Source: the human T2T-CHM13v2.0 reference genome, Homo sapiens
Assembly (NCBI RefSeq): GCF_009914755.1
Contig: NC_060936.1
Direction: 5' to 3' (one strand)
Length of the DNA stretch: 64,000 nt
Shown here: positions 41,141 to 54,349 of the stretch, piece by piece
Layout of the letters: each line of letters begins with the position of its first letter
Position numbering within the stretch: the stretch's first letter is position 1
Notes under the pieces: model-generated
Seen by the model: the letters and a program-made list of their open reading frames with translations, nothing else
Databases searched by the model: none
What the model was told of the DNA's origin: nothing
Position numbers and translations under genes: made by a program

Positions 41141-43270
41141 CTATTAAAAAGGAAAACGAGAGAGAGAGATAGAAACATCCTAAATCAATAATCTAAACTT
41201 ACACATCAAGAAACTAGGGGAAAAAAGGAGCAAATTAAACCCAAAGCCAGCAGAAGAAAGGAAATAATAAAGGGAGAAGCTAAAAATAATAAAAACTAAA
41301 TACAGAAAAACAATAAAGAAATAAAACTAAAAGGTAGTTCTTTGTAAAGATCAATAAAATTTATAAATCTCTATCTGGAGTGGCAAAGACAAAAAGAGAA
41401 AATACAAAAGTTACCAGTATCAGGAATTAAAGAGAATATATATTTACAGATATAAGTACTACAATATTAAAAGGATAATTTAAAAATATGAATAATTTTA
41501 TGCCCATAAGTTCAACAACCTAGATAAAATTGACAAACCCTTTGAAAGACACAAGCCATTAAAACTCACTCGAGAAGAATTAGACAAGTTGAATAGTCCT
41601 AAATGTATTAAATAAATTGAGTTTGTAGTTAAAAAACCCTCCAACAAAGAAAACTCCAGGCCCAGATGATTTCATTGGAAAACTCTATCAAATATGTAAA
41701 GAGAAATTAATACAAACTTGACACAATCTTTCCCAGAAAATAGAAGAAAATACTTCTCACTCATCTTGTGAGGCAGGATTACCTTGATAATAAAACCACA
41801 CAAAGACATTACAAGAAAAGAAAACTACAGACTAATATCCCTCAGAAAAATAGGTGTAAAAATCTTTTTAAAGAGTGTCTAAAAACTGAGTTCACCAACA
41901 TGTAAAAGTACAACATTTTATGACAATGTGGGTTTATTTTTAGAATGCAAGGCTGGTTCAACATTCAAAAGTCAATGTAATTCAGGATATTAATATTAAA
42001 GAAGAAAAGCTAAATGATTATCTCAATATATGCAATAAAAACATTTGACAAAAAATGCAGCATTCATTTATGATTTTTGAAAAAAGAAAAGAACTCTTAG
42101 CAAACTCAAAATAGCAGAAAGCTTCCTTATGCTGATAAACAGTATCTACATAAAATCTACATCTGACATTATACTAAATGGTGGAAACCGAAATGCCTTC
42201 TCTCTAAGACTGGGACAAAGTAAGGATGTTTATTCTTATAATTTCTATTCAATACCATACTAGAAGTTCTAGCCAGTACAATAAGACAAGGAAAAGAAAT
42301 TAAAATATGTATTGAAAAGAAAAAAAAAACTCTCTCAATTGCAAATGGCATGATTGTCTATGTATAAAATTAGAAAGAATCTATAGTCTCCTAGAATTAA
42401 TAAGTGAGTTTAGCAAGGTTATAGAACACATGCTCAATATAAAAAAAGTCAAGTGTATTTCTATATGCTACTGTATAGCAATAAACAGTTGGAAATCAAA
42501 ATTATGAAACAGTTCCCTTTAACATAGAACCAAAAAATGAAATTCATAGATATAAATCTAACAAAAATATATTCAGATTGTCTGGTGAAAACTATAAAAC
42601 ATCCATGAAATAAATAAATGGAAATATGTACTGTGTTTGTTTATGAATTGGAAGAGTCAATATTGTTAAAATGTCAATTCTCTCATAATTGTCCTATAAA
42701 TTCAATGTAATCTCATTCAAACCCCCAGGAGATTTTGTTGTAGCTATATTGACAAGTTATTTCTAAAATTTTTCTTAAAATGCAAAGAACCCAAAATGGG
42801 CAAAACAACTTGGAAACTAGGAGGACACACAATACCTAATTTCAAGACTTATTATAAAGCTATAGTAATCACAACAGCATGGTATTGATGAAAAGATATA
42901 GACATAGATCAACAGAAAATAATAGAGTTCAGAAATATATCCACACAGATATGGTCATTGATTTTTGAAAAATATGCAAAGGCATATTCTCTTATCAATG
43001 GATAAGAGAATAATCTTTTAAACAAGTGATGCTAGAACATATGCAAACAGAAATCTCAACCTACACTTCACATCTCATACAAAAATTAATTTCAAATGGA
43101 TCATAGACCTAAATGTGAAATGCAAAACTTCGGAGATTTTAAAAAGAAAATTTAGGTAAAAATCTTTATTATCAGGAGTTGAGCTAAGAGTTATTAAATG
43201 TGGCTTGAAATCATGATCCATAAAATACAAAAATTGATAAATCAGTCATCATAAAACTTAAAACTTGGCT

Positions 43271-43529
43271 TCTCTCAGTTCACTTGGACAGCTATAACAA
43301 AATACTGTAAACTAGGCAGATTTTAAACAATAGAAATTTATTTCTCACAGTTCTGGGGTCTGTGTTCACATGGCAAAAGGGTTAAGGAAGCTCTCTGGGG
43401 CCTCTTTTACAAGATTACTAATCCCATTCATGAGGAATTAGTGACTCAATCACCTCCCAAAGGAGCCACGTCTTAACACCATGACATTGGTGACTAGGTT
43501 TCAACATGAATTTAGGGGGACCATAGCAG
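43271..43529 (-). mobile_element. Internally deleted MLT1A-like LTR nested in L1
   Basis: 'gctataacaaaatac...gaaatttatttctcacagttctgg...taatcccattcatgag...tttcaacatgaattt...accatagca'. Confidence 0.8.
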
Positions 43530-44826
43530 GCTCTGAGTAAGACACTATTATGGGAATAAAAAGACAAGCTTTGGACTGAGATAAAATTTTGCAATTCACA
43601 TATCTGACAAAGGATTTATTAGCCAAATGTATAAAGAACTCTCAAAACTCAACAATAAGAAAGTAAACAATCCAATTTTTAAAGATGGAAATTTTTGAGG
43701 AGGTAGGTCACCAAACAAGATAGAGGGATGACAATTAAGCAAACGAAAAGATGATCAACATAATTAGTCATTAGAAAAAAGCAAATTAAAGTCACAATAA
43801 AATAGATACTACTACATAACTATTTGAATGTTTAACAGAAACAGAACAGACAATTCCAAATACTGACAAGAATGCAAAGCAATTGGAACACTCATAGATT
43901 GCTGGTGGAAATGTAAGATGGTATGGTCACTATGCAATTTGATGATATCTTGTGAAATTAAACATTCACTACCATACGGCCCAGAAATTCCACTCCTAGG
44001 TATTTATACCAGAGAGAAGACAACTATGTTCACACAAAAACCTGTATGCAAATGTTTATAACAGCTTTATTTACAATCATTTAAAACTGAAAACAACTCA
44101 GAAATCTTTCAACTGGTGAATGGATAAACAAACCATTCAGCAATAATAAGGAATGAAATAATGTTACACACAATAATGTGGATAAATCTCAAATGCCATA
44201 TGCACAATGGAAGAAGCCAGACTCCCAAGGCAACCTATTGCAGTTTTCCATTTTGAAAAGGCAAAACAATATGGACTGGCAACCACTCAGTTTTCGCCAG
44301 AGGTTAGGAATGAGGACAGATGTTGACTGCAGAGCGGCAGCATGAGAAAATGTTGGGCGGTGAGATTGTGATAATGGCTACATGACTATGCAATGTCAAA
44401 ACTCATAGAACAGTACACCAAAAAGAGTAAACTTTACTGTGTGCAAATTACAAATAAAATAAATCCGTAGAGATTTAGATTGGCTGAATTTCACCTTTAC
44501 CTTATACTTCCGTTTGCATTATTAATCAGTCCATCGCTGTCAGTGGTACTATGTTGCCTCCAATCTTTGATTATCATTATCTCCCTACCTTTGACTTTTT
44601 TTTTTTTTTACATTCTCCTCAACACCACGTTATTTCCACTGGGCCACCACTTTCTGCCAGTTCTTACTACATCATATCTTTCATGTTTGCCTTCTTTTTC
44701 TCATTAGCTTAACCACTCCCTTCCCTTTCCACCAATCTATAACTGCATCCCACTAGCTAATTTGCTTGCCTAAAGGAATTGTTTTTTGTCTTTTCGTAAC
44801 ATTGTCTTTAAAATTTTTCTTTTCTC

Positions 44827-45163
44827 AGCCGGGTGTGGTGGCTCAGGCCTATAATATCAGTACTTTGGGAGGCTGAGGTGGGCAGATCACGAGGTCAGGA
44901 GATTGAGACCATCCTGGCTAACACGGTGAAACCCCATCTCTACTAAAAAAAAAAAAATACAAAAAAATTAGCCGGGTGTGGTGGTGGGCACCTGTAGTCC
45001 CAGCTACTCGGGAGGCTGAGGCAGGAGAATGGTGTGAACTGGGAGGTGGAGCTTGCAGAGCTTGCAGTGAGCCGAGACTGTGCCACTACACTCCAGCCTG
45101 GGTGACAGAACGAGACTCTATCTCAAAAAAAAAAAAAAAAAGAAAAAAAAAAGAAAAAAAAAA
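44827..45163 (+). mobile_element. AluY with a 9-bp internal tandem duplication
   Basis: 'gatcacgaggtcaggagattgagaccatcctggctaacacggtg'. gagcttgca is repeated at 45049-45057 and 45058-45066. Long A tail. Confidence 0.96.
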
Positions 45164-45309
45164 ACTTCTAATGGGAAATCTTCAGTGGTTTTTTATTTTC
45201 TAACATATATCTTCAATCCTACAAAATTAAAATACCGTTCTACACACCCTTTTCATGCCTTAAAAATATTTCTTCATTCCAGATAAACCAATAATACTGA
45301 TTTTAAAAT

Positions 45310-45540
45310 ACCTGTTTATTGAGTGTTTGTTATATTCTAGGCATAGTGCTAAGTTATCTCTTATTATTTCTATCTAATCCTGACAGCAATCCTATGAGGT
45401 AGACTTATCCCCACTTTACAAATGAGAAAACTGAGGCCCAAAGAAGTAACAAAGTTTCATAACATAAAACATCAAGTAAAGAACTAAACTGGAATCCAAT
45501 TCCAGTCTCTCTGACTCCAGATCCTGTACTCTTAACCTCT
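45310..45540 (-). mobile_element. MIR SINE
   Basis: 'cagcaatcctatgaggtag...tatccccactttacaaatgagaaaactgaggccca...ctctgactccaga...ctcttaacc'. Confidence 0.85.
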
Positions 45541-47133
45541 AATCCTTTAAAGTCCTTCAAATTTATTTCATTTGATCCTCAACAACATCCCTTCGCAAAT
45601 CATTTATTCTCCTTAAAGATTATCTTCTTCCCAGCAAATCCTTGCCAAATTCTTCAAGAAGCCTTCCCTGACTACCTCGCCCCACCATTTAATTATCCTC
45701 AGCAGATGTTTTCTTGTCACAAATCGTATATTGCCCCACAATTATTCTCCAAGATGTTTTAGATGAATATTCTTTATCTTCCCCCACCCCACAGTCTTAT
45801 TCATTCATTCACAAGCTAAAGGAACACAGATTTAATGAGCACCTATTATATGCCCAGCAATTAGCATGATGGGTCACTACTTTAAGGAGCTCACAGCAAA
45901 TACCCTGAGAGCAGAAATTATGTCTTTTCTCTTTTCTTGCTTTTACCCCTTCCCCCAGTCATCCCAAGCATCTATTATGCTACATTCTATAAGCTTTCAG
46001 GATGGACGAGTGAACGTGCTGGTTTGCCATAGTCACAAATACACAACATCTGAGAGTCAGGAAGGGCTACCACAGCCCTGTGAAATTTTATATTGAAAAA
46101 CTGCTAATGATGCCATCAGGCCCAGTGTCCTTCAGGAAAGAAAATGAGTGCTTGAGGCAAACATGTGGAAGCTGCAAACCATTTGTAATCAGAAAGTGAA
46201 GTATGCAACAAGGGAAACATGCCAAGCTCAAGGACTCGGTGGCTTTAATGAAGGGCTGGTATTACCAGTGGAAATCTAACTTGCCTACCAGCTGGGCGAT
46301 CTCATCTTCACAATGAGCTTCGCTGGCTGATAACCACAGGGTCCTGAGAAATTAAGCAGACCCACAAATTACCTACATAACATTCTGGCTAGATATTCGA
46401 AAGTTGAATTAATTGCCTGAAAATAAATGAACGGGTAGGGCCAAGAATTGCCTCATTAGTATTCAGCAACAGTGCTGTCTTTTGAAGAAAAGGAGAAAAG
46501 GTGGGGGAGGAAGGCAAAACAATGGGAAATAGGGAAGGGAGGGAAACAGAGAATAATGAGAGAAATCGTTATTTTACAAGTGCATTATGGGTTCCCTGTT
46601 TATCTGACTAGTTACAAATTTCCTGGTCTGGCCCAATTCACCATGCCTAGGTAGACTACACCTGTGCTTTCTGATATAGCCGACACACTCAGGAGCCCAG
46701 CAATTGATACACGCCTAAAATACAAAGTGATTAACTATGTGGACACTTTCCCTTTACTTCCCAAATGAGAGTCAGCAGCATTCACGTGTTTTTCTTTGGC
46801 AAGAAAGGGGAAACTGGAGAGAAACAGTGCCCAACAGGTGCACCACTCAGACACATTCATCAATGGCTTTATTCCAGCAAGCACTACAGCTAAAGCCTGC
46901 ATCCTCCAGGCATGATTACACTTTTTCATACAGCACATTTAATTTCTTCAGTTAATAATTCTGTTCAATCTTAAAAACCACCATTGCAAAGCCATGCCAT
47001 GTGATGCTTATGTGCAGAGACAGTTTCTCCAAAGCTTGCAACTAGAGGATGCTACTTCTCAGCAGCCCCTTGAAAAAATCCATGCAAGGATCATGACATG
47101 AAGGGGATGTTGAGGACACATGGCCAGACAGTG

Positions 47134-47501
47134 TGTTATGGGCTGAATGCTTATATTCCCCCCAAATTCATGTGCTGAAATCCTAATCTTGAATAAGCTG
47201 GTATTAGGAGGTGGAGGCTTTGGGAGGTGATTAGGTCATGAGGGTGGGGCCCTCATGAAGTAGATTAGTGCCCCTATAAGAAGATACAGGGCAAGAACTT
47301 GTTCCTTCGCTCTGCTCTCTACCACATGAGAATACAATGAGAGGAGCCATCTGCAAACCACAGGTGGGCCCTCACCAAAAGCAGATCTGCCAATACCTTG
47401 ATTCTGGACTTCCAGCCTCCAGACTATGAGAAACAAATGTTTGTTACTTAAGCCACCTAATCTACATTATTCTGTTACAGTAGCCCAAACTGACTAAGAC
47501 A
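47134..47501 (+). mobile_element. MLT1A0-like solo LTR with 5-bp TSD
   Basis: 'tgttatgggctgaatg...tgactaagaca'. TSD cagtg (47129-47133) / caatg (47502-47506). Confidence 0.9.
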
Positions 47502-48723
47502 CAATGCCAGATACTGAGAATGGCAAGTAGCTGCCAGAAAGAGTCACCAATAATTTATCATTTATCTCTTTCTGAAAACCTGTGGAACCTTCTGTTTGAC
47601 CTTTTATTCCAATTGCTTCCTAAAGTCAGTTTTCATTCTTTTCAGGGTTGCTGACATCCTTTCAACTTTTCAAAGCCTTTCTGCACTGATTTCATCTAAA
47701 ACCTCTAAGATGTACCCCAAAGCCTAAAGGTAAACCGGGTACAAATTAGCTTAATTCATTCGTGGCCTGCTTACTTTTGTTGTGCTTCTGACAGGGGTGG
47801 TCAAGGACAGTATCTCTTTTTGTGCTTTGAGTAACTTCCAACTAAAAGGTTTTTCTTCATTCTGAGTACTGAGAATATGCCTGTCCAGGAGACTTAGACC
47901 TGCACAATTGAATTCTTTGCATTTCAAGAAAGATTTCATCTAATTATTCTCACTGCAGCTTTCTGTTACAGAATTAGACCTTATAGCACCATAAGATTAT
48001 GAAAACAATTCCCATTATTTTAATGTTTCCTTTAGGTTCCTTTGCCTTTCAAATATCAAGTTGGATCTTATTTCGCTCATACTATTTTTACATCCCCAAA
48101 ATATAGCCATATGCTGGTAGTAATCTTAAAAAGCAAAATGTTCTCTGTGACCCATGATTTATCTTGGGTAAGAATATCTGCTTTACTTACTTGATAGCCA
48201 GTAACATAAAAGCAAATATGTCTTTTTAATCATATATAGAGAAAACATTTTCAACCTCACTTCAAGAAACAAAAATTTTAAAGTAAGAAATCAATTATGA
48301 CCAAATATACATTGAGAATCTACATTGGGCACTGGTCTTTGCACTCTGGAGTATGTAATCACATAAAAGAACTGGAAACCCAACTTGTGTCATAGATGTT
48401 TTCCTCTTTTGCGTATCCAAAGAAGTTGGGCACAAATGATTATGCCAGTGATTCAGAAGCTGCCATGTGTTGTATTTTTTTTCCCAAGTAGCAATCTGTT
48501 CAGACTCCATGTATATTTCACTTGTCTTAGGTTCAACTTAAAAATTCTCATTTTAGGAAAAGTGTGTCAGCCCCAGGAGATGAACATATGCTTTCATGCT
48601 TGCCCTTGTTTTATTTTATTTTTTTTTTTTACTTTTTATTTTGGACTTGCTGAACTCCTGTATTAGTTAGAATGCTTTGGGCTGTAAATATAAGAAAATC
48701 CATCCCATATCAGCTTACACAGG

Positions 48724-49177
48724 GGTTTTGTGTTGACCTGTGTCCCCTCCCAAATTCATATGTGGAAGTCCTAACCTAGTACCTCAGAATGTGGCTGTAT
48801 TTGAAGATAAGGCCCTCACAGAGGCAAGAAAGTGAGGGCATTAGGGTGGGCCCTAATTCAATATGACTGATGTCCTTAATAAAAGGGAAAGTTGGAGACA
48901 GAGTCACCCACAGAGAGAATACCCTGTGAGGATGAAGGCAAAGATCAGAGTGATGCTCCTATAAGCCAAGGAATGCCAGAGATCACCAGCAAACCACCAG
49001 AAGCTAGAAGAGAGGCATGGAAGAGATTCTCTTTCACGGGCCTCAGGAGGAACCAACTCTATTGACACCTCGATCTCAGACTTCCAGCCTCCAGAACTGT
49101 GAGACAATACATTTGTGCTGTGTAAGCTGCTCAGTTTTTGGTACTTTGTTACAGGAGCCTTAGCAAATGAATATACA
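48724..49177 (+). mobile_element. MLT1C-like solo LTR, inserted next to an older antisense MLT1 end (48659-48720)
   Basis: 'caaattcatatgtggaagtcctaac...gccaaggaatgccagagatcaccagcaaaccaccagaagctag...gacttccagcctccagaactgtgagac'. Confidence 0.85.
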
Positions 49178-50105
49178 TGGGAAGATAATAATGTCCACTA
49201 CCATGCTATAAATTTCCCTATCTGGTAAGTGGCCTCAAAGGCCACCAGAAACACTTCTCTTGAACCCATTAATATATGTGAATGACTTCATGGTTACCAT
49301 AGCCTAGTGAAACCATGATAGCAAAGAATGCATGTCAGCTGGAAAGGATGCAGCGTAGGAAAGAGCAATACATAGGCAGATGAAGAACATACCTTCAGAA
49401 TAAAATAAAGAGATCTGAGAAGACTTCCTGCCCAGCGGATGCCTCCAGTTGCCTTCTCAATAACCCCTGGGCTCTGTCAGCTTTCTTCACTGTCTTTATC
49501 CACACCGTCTAGAACCACCAATCAGAGATTCTTGTAGATATAAAACACTCTTTTAACACAAAAATCCCAGGAGGGTTTCTATCCATTACTACTCACACTG
49601 TTGGCATGGAAAAAGAAGAATTTGAGGTTTAAGAGTGAGAAGGAGTTAAAGCCAATAAGAAAACAAAATATGATTTCCATATTGCAGACTTGAGTTAAGG
49701 AAAAAAAAAAAACTACCAAGCCCTTAATGCTGCAGTCCTTGAGATTTATTTATTCCATCACTCATTCAACATGTTATGGCATTCCTCTAGCCAAAAACAT
49801 AACAGTAAACAAAACAAATGTGGTGTCTGTCCTCACTGAGCTTAGATTTTGGTGGAGGAGAAGAGTACAGAAAATAAATAGAAAATTTTAATGTGGCAAG
49901 TGCTAGAATAGAGGACATTTAGGATTCTACGGGTACAAATAAGATGTATATCATCTACAATCTGGTTTAGAGTGAGTCAGGGGAAGTTTCCTAGAACAAG
50001 ATTTGTCTAAGCTCAACTTAACAAATAAGTAGGAAATATTCATGTCAAAAGAAGTGTATGGGGGAGGACAGAGGAGGTCATGGCTACTGGTATAAGCCAT
50101 CTTAA

Positions 50106-52304
50106 TGGGAGTCCTAGCTAGAGCAATCAGGCAAGAAAAAGAAATAAAAGGCATCTAAATAGGAAAAGAAGCAGTCATATATTTCTTCATGGACAGCATG
50201 ATTCTATACCTAGAAAACCCTAATGCCTTCATCAAAAGGCTCCCAGAAATTATAAATGACTTTAGTAAAGTATCAGCATACAAAATCAATGAATAAAAAC
50301 CAGTAGCATTTCTATACAGCAGAATATTTGGGTTGACACAGATCAACCCAAAACACCTGTGTAAGCTGAGGTGGGATGGATTTTCTTATATTTACAGCCC
50401 AAAGCATTTTAACTAATAAAGGAGTTCAGCAAGTCCAAAATAAAAATTAAAAAAAAAAAAACAAGGGCAAGCATGAAAGCATATTCAAGGAAAATCAAGA
50501 ATGCAATTCCCTTTGCAGTTGCCACACAGAAAATCAAATACCTAGGAATACATTTAACCAAAGAGGTGAATAATTATTACAAGGAGAACTAAAAATACTG
50601 CCAAAAGAAATCATAGATGACACAAACAAATGGAAAAATATTCCATGCTTGCAGATTGCAAGAATCAATATTGTTAAAATGGTCATGCTGCCCAAAGCAA
50701 TCTACAGATTCAACACTATTCCTATCAAACTACTAATATCATTTTTCACAGAAATAGAAAAAACTATTATAAAATTCTAAATGGAACTAAAAAAGAGCCT
50801 CAATAGTCAAAGCAATCCTAAGCAAAAATAACAAAGCTGGAGGTATCATATTACTTGACTTCAAACTATACTATAAGGCTACAGTAACCAAAACAGCATG
50901 GTGCTGGTACAAAAACAGACACATAGACCAATGGAACAGAATAGAGAACCCAAAAGTAAAGCCACCCACATACAGCTATCTGATCTTCAGCAAAGTCGAC
51001 AAAAATAAGCAATGGAAAAGGGACTACCTGTTCAATAAATGGTGCTGAGATAGCTGGCTAGTCATATGCAAAAGAATAAAACTGGACCTCTACCTTTCAC
51101 CACACACAAAAATTAACTCAAGCTGGATTAAAGGTTTAAACATAAGACCTCAAACAATAAAAATTCTAGAAGAAAACCTAGGAAACACCATTCTGGACAT
51201 CAGCCTTGGAAAATAATTTATGCCTAAGTCCTCAAAAGCAATTGCAACAAAACAAAAATTGACGAGTAGGACTTAATTCAACAAAATGGCTTCTGCACAG
51301 AAAGGAAACTATCAGCAGAGTAAACTGACAAACTACAGAATGGGAGAAAATATTCACAAACTATGCATCTGACAAAGGGCTACTATCCAGGATCTATAAG
51401 AAACTTAAATAATTCAACATATAAAAAACAAATAAGCCCTTTAAAAAGTGGGCAAAGGACATGAACAGACACTTCTCAAAAAAAAATGACATACTCACAG
51501 CCAACAGGCATACAACAAAACGCTCAACATCACTGATCATCTGAGAAATGCAAATCAAAACCACAATGAGATACTATCTCACACCAATAACAATGGCTAT
51601 TATTAAAAAGTCAAAAAAACAAACAGACACTAAGTGAGGCTGTAGAGAAAACGACATGTTTATGCACTATTGGTGAGAATGTAAATTAGTTCAGTCACTT
51701 TGAAAAGTAGTTTGGAGATTTCTCAAAGAACTTAAAACAGAACCACCATTTGACCCATCGATTCCATTACTGGGTAGAGTATATATCCAAAAGAAAATAA
51801 ATTGTTCTGCCAAAAGACACATGCACTTGCATGTTCATTGCAGCACTAATCACAATAGCAAAAACATGCAATCAACCTAGGTGCCTATTACCATGGATTA
51901 GATAAAGAAAAATATGGTACATATATACTATGGAATACTATGCAGTCATTAAAAACATCCTGAAATTATCTCCTTTGCAGCAACATGGATAAAGCTGGAG
52001 GCCATTATCCTGAACAAACTAATGCAGGAACAGAAAACCAAATACCGCATGTGCTCACTTATAAGTGGGAGCCAAACACTGGGTCCTCATGGATCCAAAC
52101 ATGTGAACAACAGACACTGGAGCCTACTAGAGAGGGGAGGAAGGAAGCGGGGCAAGAGGTGAAAAATTAACTATTGGTACTATGCTTGCTACCTGGGTGA
52201 TGGGAACATTCGTACCGCAAACCTCAACATCACTCAATATGCTCATGTGACAAACCCTCACATATACTCCATAAATCCAAAATAAAAGTTGGGGAAAAAA
52301 GAGA
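50106..52304 (+). mobile_element. 5'-truncated L1PA15/16-type element, inserted in an antisense L2
   Basis: Decayed ORF2 3' half 'gtcctagctagagcaatcaggcaagaaaaagaaataaaaggc...'. 3' UTR 'ggaacagaaaaccaaataccgcatg...aaacctcaacatcactcaatat...aaataaaagttg'. Confidence 0.92.
50326..50484 (-). repeat. Inverted templated copy of 48586-48756 inserted into L1
   Basis: Direct reverse-complement match, e.g. 'gggatggattttcttatatttacagcccaaagcatt' here versus 'aatgctttgggctgtaaatataagaaaatccatccc' at 48671-48706. Confidence 0.95.
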
Positions 52305-52679
52305 AAGGTATCTCAATAATTACATGTTTGATCCTGGAGAAAATGGGGAAGCATAAGAAATAATACCATAAGTTATGTAGTTGAAAAAGTTTACTCTAAA
52401 TTACCCAAAACTTCACCCATCTAAAATAATCAAGTTACCAGTCATTTTTAGACAAACCAACAAGACCATAGTAATGTGAGAAAGTATTGAAAAGACATTT
52501 TCATGAACGAAAATACTGTGACACACCTCTGGGCAAGATAATATAATCTTGTCAGTGATCATCATTTTTAAAAATATAACTGTTCAAAATATGATTTTAG
52601 AAGTAGAGAGCACCACATGTAGAAGGTCTAGGTACTAAACTAGCAGATGTTTTCTAAGTTTACCAAGGTAGTCAGTTAC

Positions 52680-53115
52680 TTTGGTGGCCCATAATTAACC
52701 ACACTTTCCACGTTCACAGCCTTGAATAGCTTCCTTCCCTTGAATCTGGGAGCAACTAAGGCTTGCTTTAACCAAAAGAACACAGCAGACATGAGGCTCA
52801 AATTCTGGGCCTAAGCCTTAAGAGGGCCTGGCACAGGTAGCCTCTGCTTTTGCAGTCTTAGGAGTCTTGAGGCACTTCGTAAGATGTCCAGACGCTCTGC
52901 TTAAGAGATCTTGTGCATGGACCACATGGAGGGGCCGTGTGGAGCAGAGGCCCTGAGATTACAGGAAGACAAAGTCCCAGCTGCTCTCCTGTCCTAGCTA
53001 AGCCTCACCCCAGATGGCTCACAACTGAATGCAGCCACAGGAATTAACACTGAAGGACTAGCTGAAGCACTACTCACCTGAGCCCAGTATGGATTGCAGA
53101 ATTGTCACAAACGGT
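52680..53115 (+). mobile_element. MLT1G/H-like LTR lacking its 3' terminus
   Basis: 'cccttgaatctggg...gcttgctttaaccaa...ttctgggcctaagccttaagag...gaggccctgaga...ctgaatgcagccac...ctgagcccag...ttgcagaattgt'. Confidence 0.75.
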
Positions 53116-54349
53116 AGTTATTTGTGACAATATTGCACAGTTCTGTGAAGGCACAAAGTAATAATAAAAATTTATTTATTATTATGTTTGATTCCTTTAT
53201 GTCATAGAAGGAACCTGAGAAACAGAGAGGTTAGGTGACTTGTTCAGAGTTCCATAGCATCTTCCCATTCAACATACAACCTAGCCTCAGTTTTCTAGTG
53301 TAAAAGGGGAGAGAGGAATGGAATAGAATGTAGGAGGAAAATAGAAAAGATCTGGAATACAAAAGGCAATCACAAATCTTCTAACAAACTGAGAACATTC
53401 GTCAGAAAGTTGAGCATTCGGCCTTGGGGTAAATAGAGAGCTCTTGTTTTTTAATATATTGCCTTGTATAGATATTGTGTGTGTACTCATAGGACCAAGA
53501 AATCTGGGAAGTCTGAAGACCAAGAAATCTGGGAACTTTGAGTACAATGCATGACCGATGAGGACTAAAAATCATTTCTACTGTTCACATGTCACCCTTA
53601 TTACCTCATTTCACACTCTGTGTTTCTGAGATATTCTTCAAGTCTTAAAGGAGCTGATGAGCTTACAGTCATTTGACAGCAGCAGGCACCCAATTGACTC
53701 CCAACCTGCTTGCACAAAAAGATAACACTTCAGGATTCTAAAGTGGATTCGTTTTCCCAGGTGAGGCTTTACTCAAGATGTCGAGTAAAAAGATCTCTCA
53801 GGTCCTTTCCCGTTGGCCCAGGAGCTAGTGCCTTCTGAGGCATTTTATAAATAAGTAAGTTACCCTATTCTCAAAAGACTCTAGATGGAAACACTTTAAT
53901 AAGGCAGACCTAATTTTTCAATCTCACCTTTTGTAACTGGGTATGAATGAGCTATTCTTCATGTTCTTGTAGCTTGACAGGAACAAGAAAGTGTACCAAA
54001 TCATTAATTCTCTAATTTGCCCACATAACATAAAACCAGCTGGCTTTTAATATTTAATTAAATTAGTGTGCTCCCCAACTGAGTTCTAATATTCCAATTT
54101 CAATTTTCAGCACAAAGCTAATATAAAACCCAAAAGCACTGAGTGATGTGGAAAGGGAAAATGTGACCTTGGTAGGATAATGTGAAGGCGTCCACAGATG
54201 AAAAGAGTCCTTTTTTTTTTCTTGAGCATTATAAGATGTCCAAAGTTAACATTCTGACTAAATATATTGCATTCTCTTTTAAGAAGTAGCATCATGTGGT
54301 AAAAGTACATTTGGGAGCAGTCCTTTTTTTCATTACTTAACTCATTTTT

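Larger units (their letters stand above)
40810..44465 (+). mobile_element. 5'-truncated old L1 (L1MD/ME-type): decayed ORF2 plus 3' UTR
   Basis: 'aagaaaactccaggcccagatg', 'aatgcaaggctggttcaacattc', 'actagaagttctagccagt', 'ttcaagacttattataaagctatagtaatc'. 3' end 'tgtcaaaactcatagaacagtacaccaaaaagagt'. Confidence 0.9.

Noticed and set aside
53631-53766. Possible exon ending at cag|gtgagg
   Set aside because: The acceptor (gag) is weak and all three frames contain stops. A non-coding exon cannot be supported from sequence alone.
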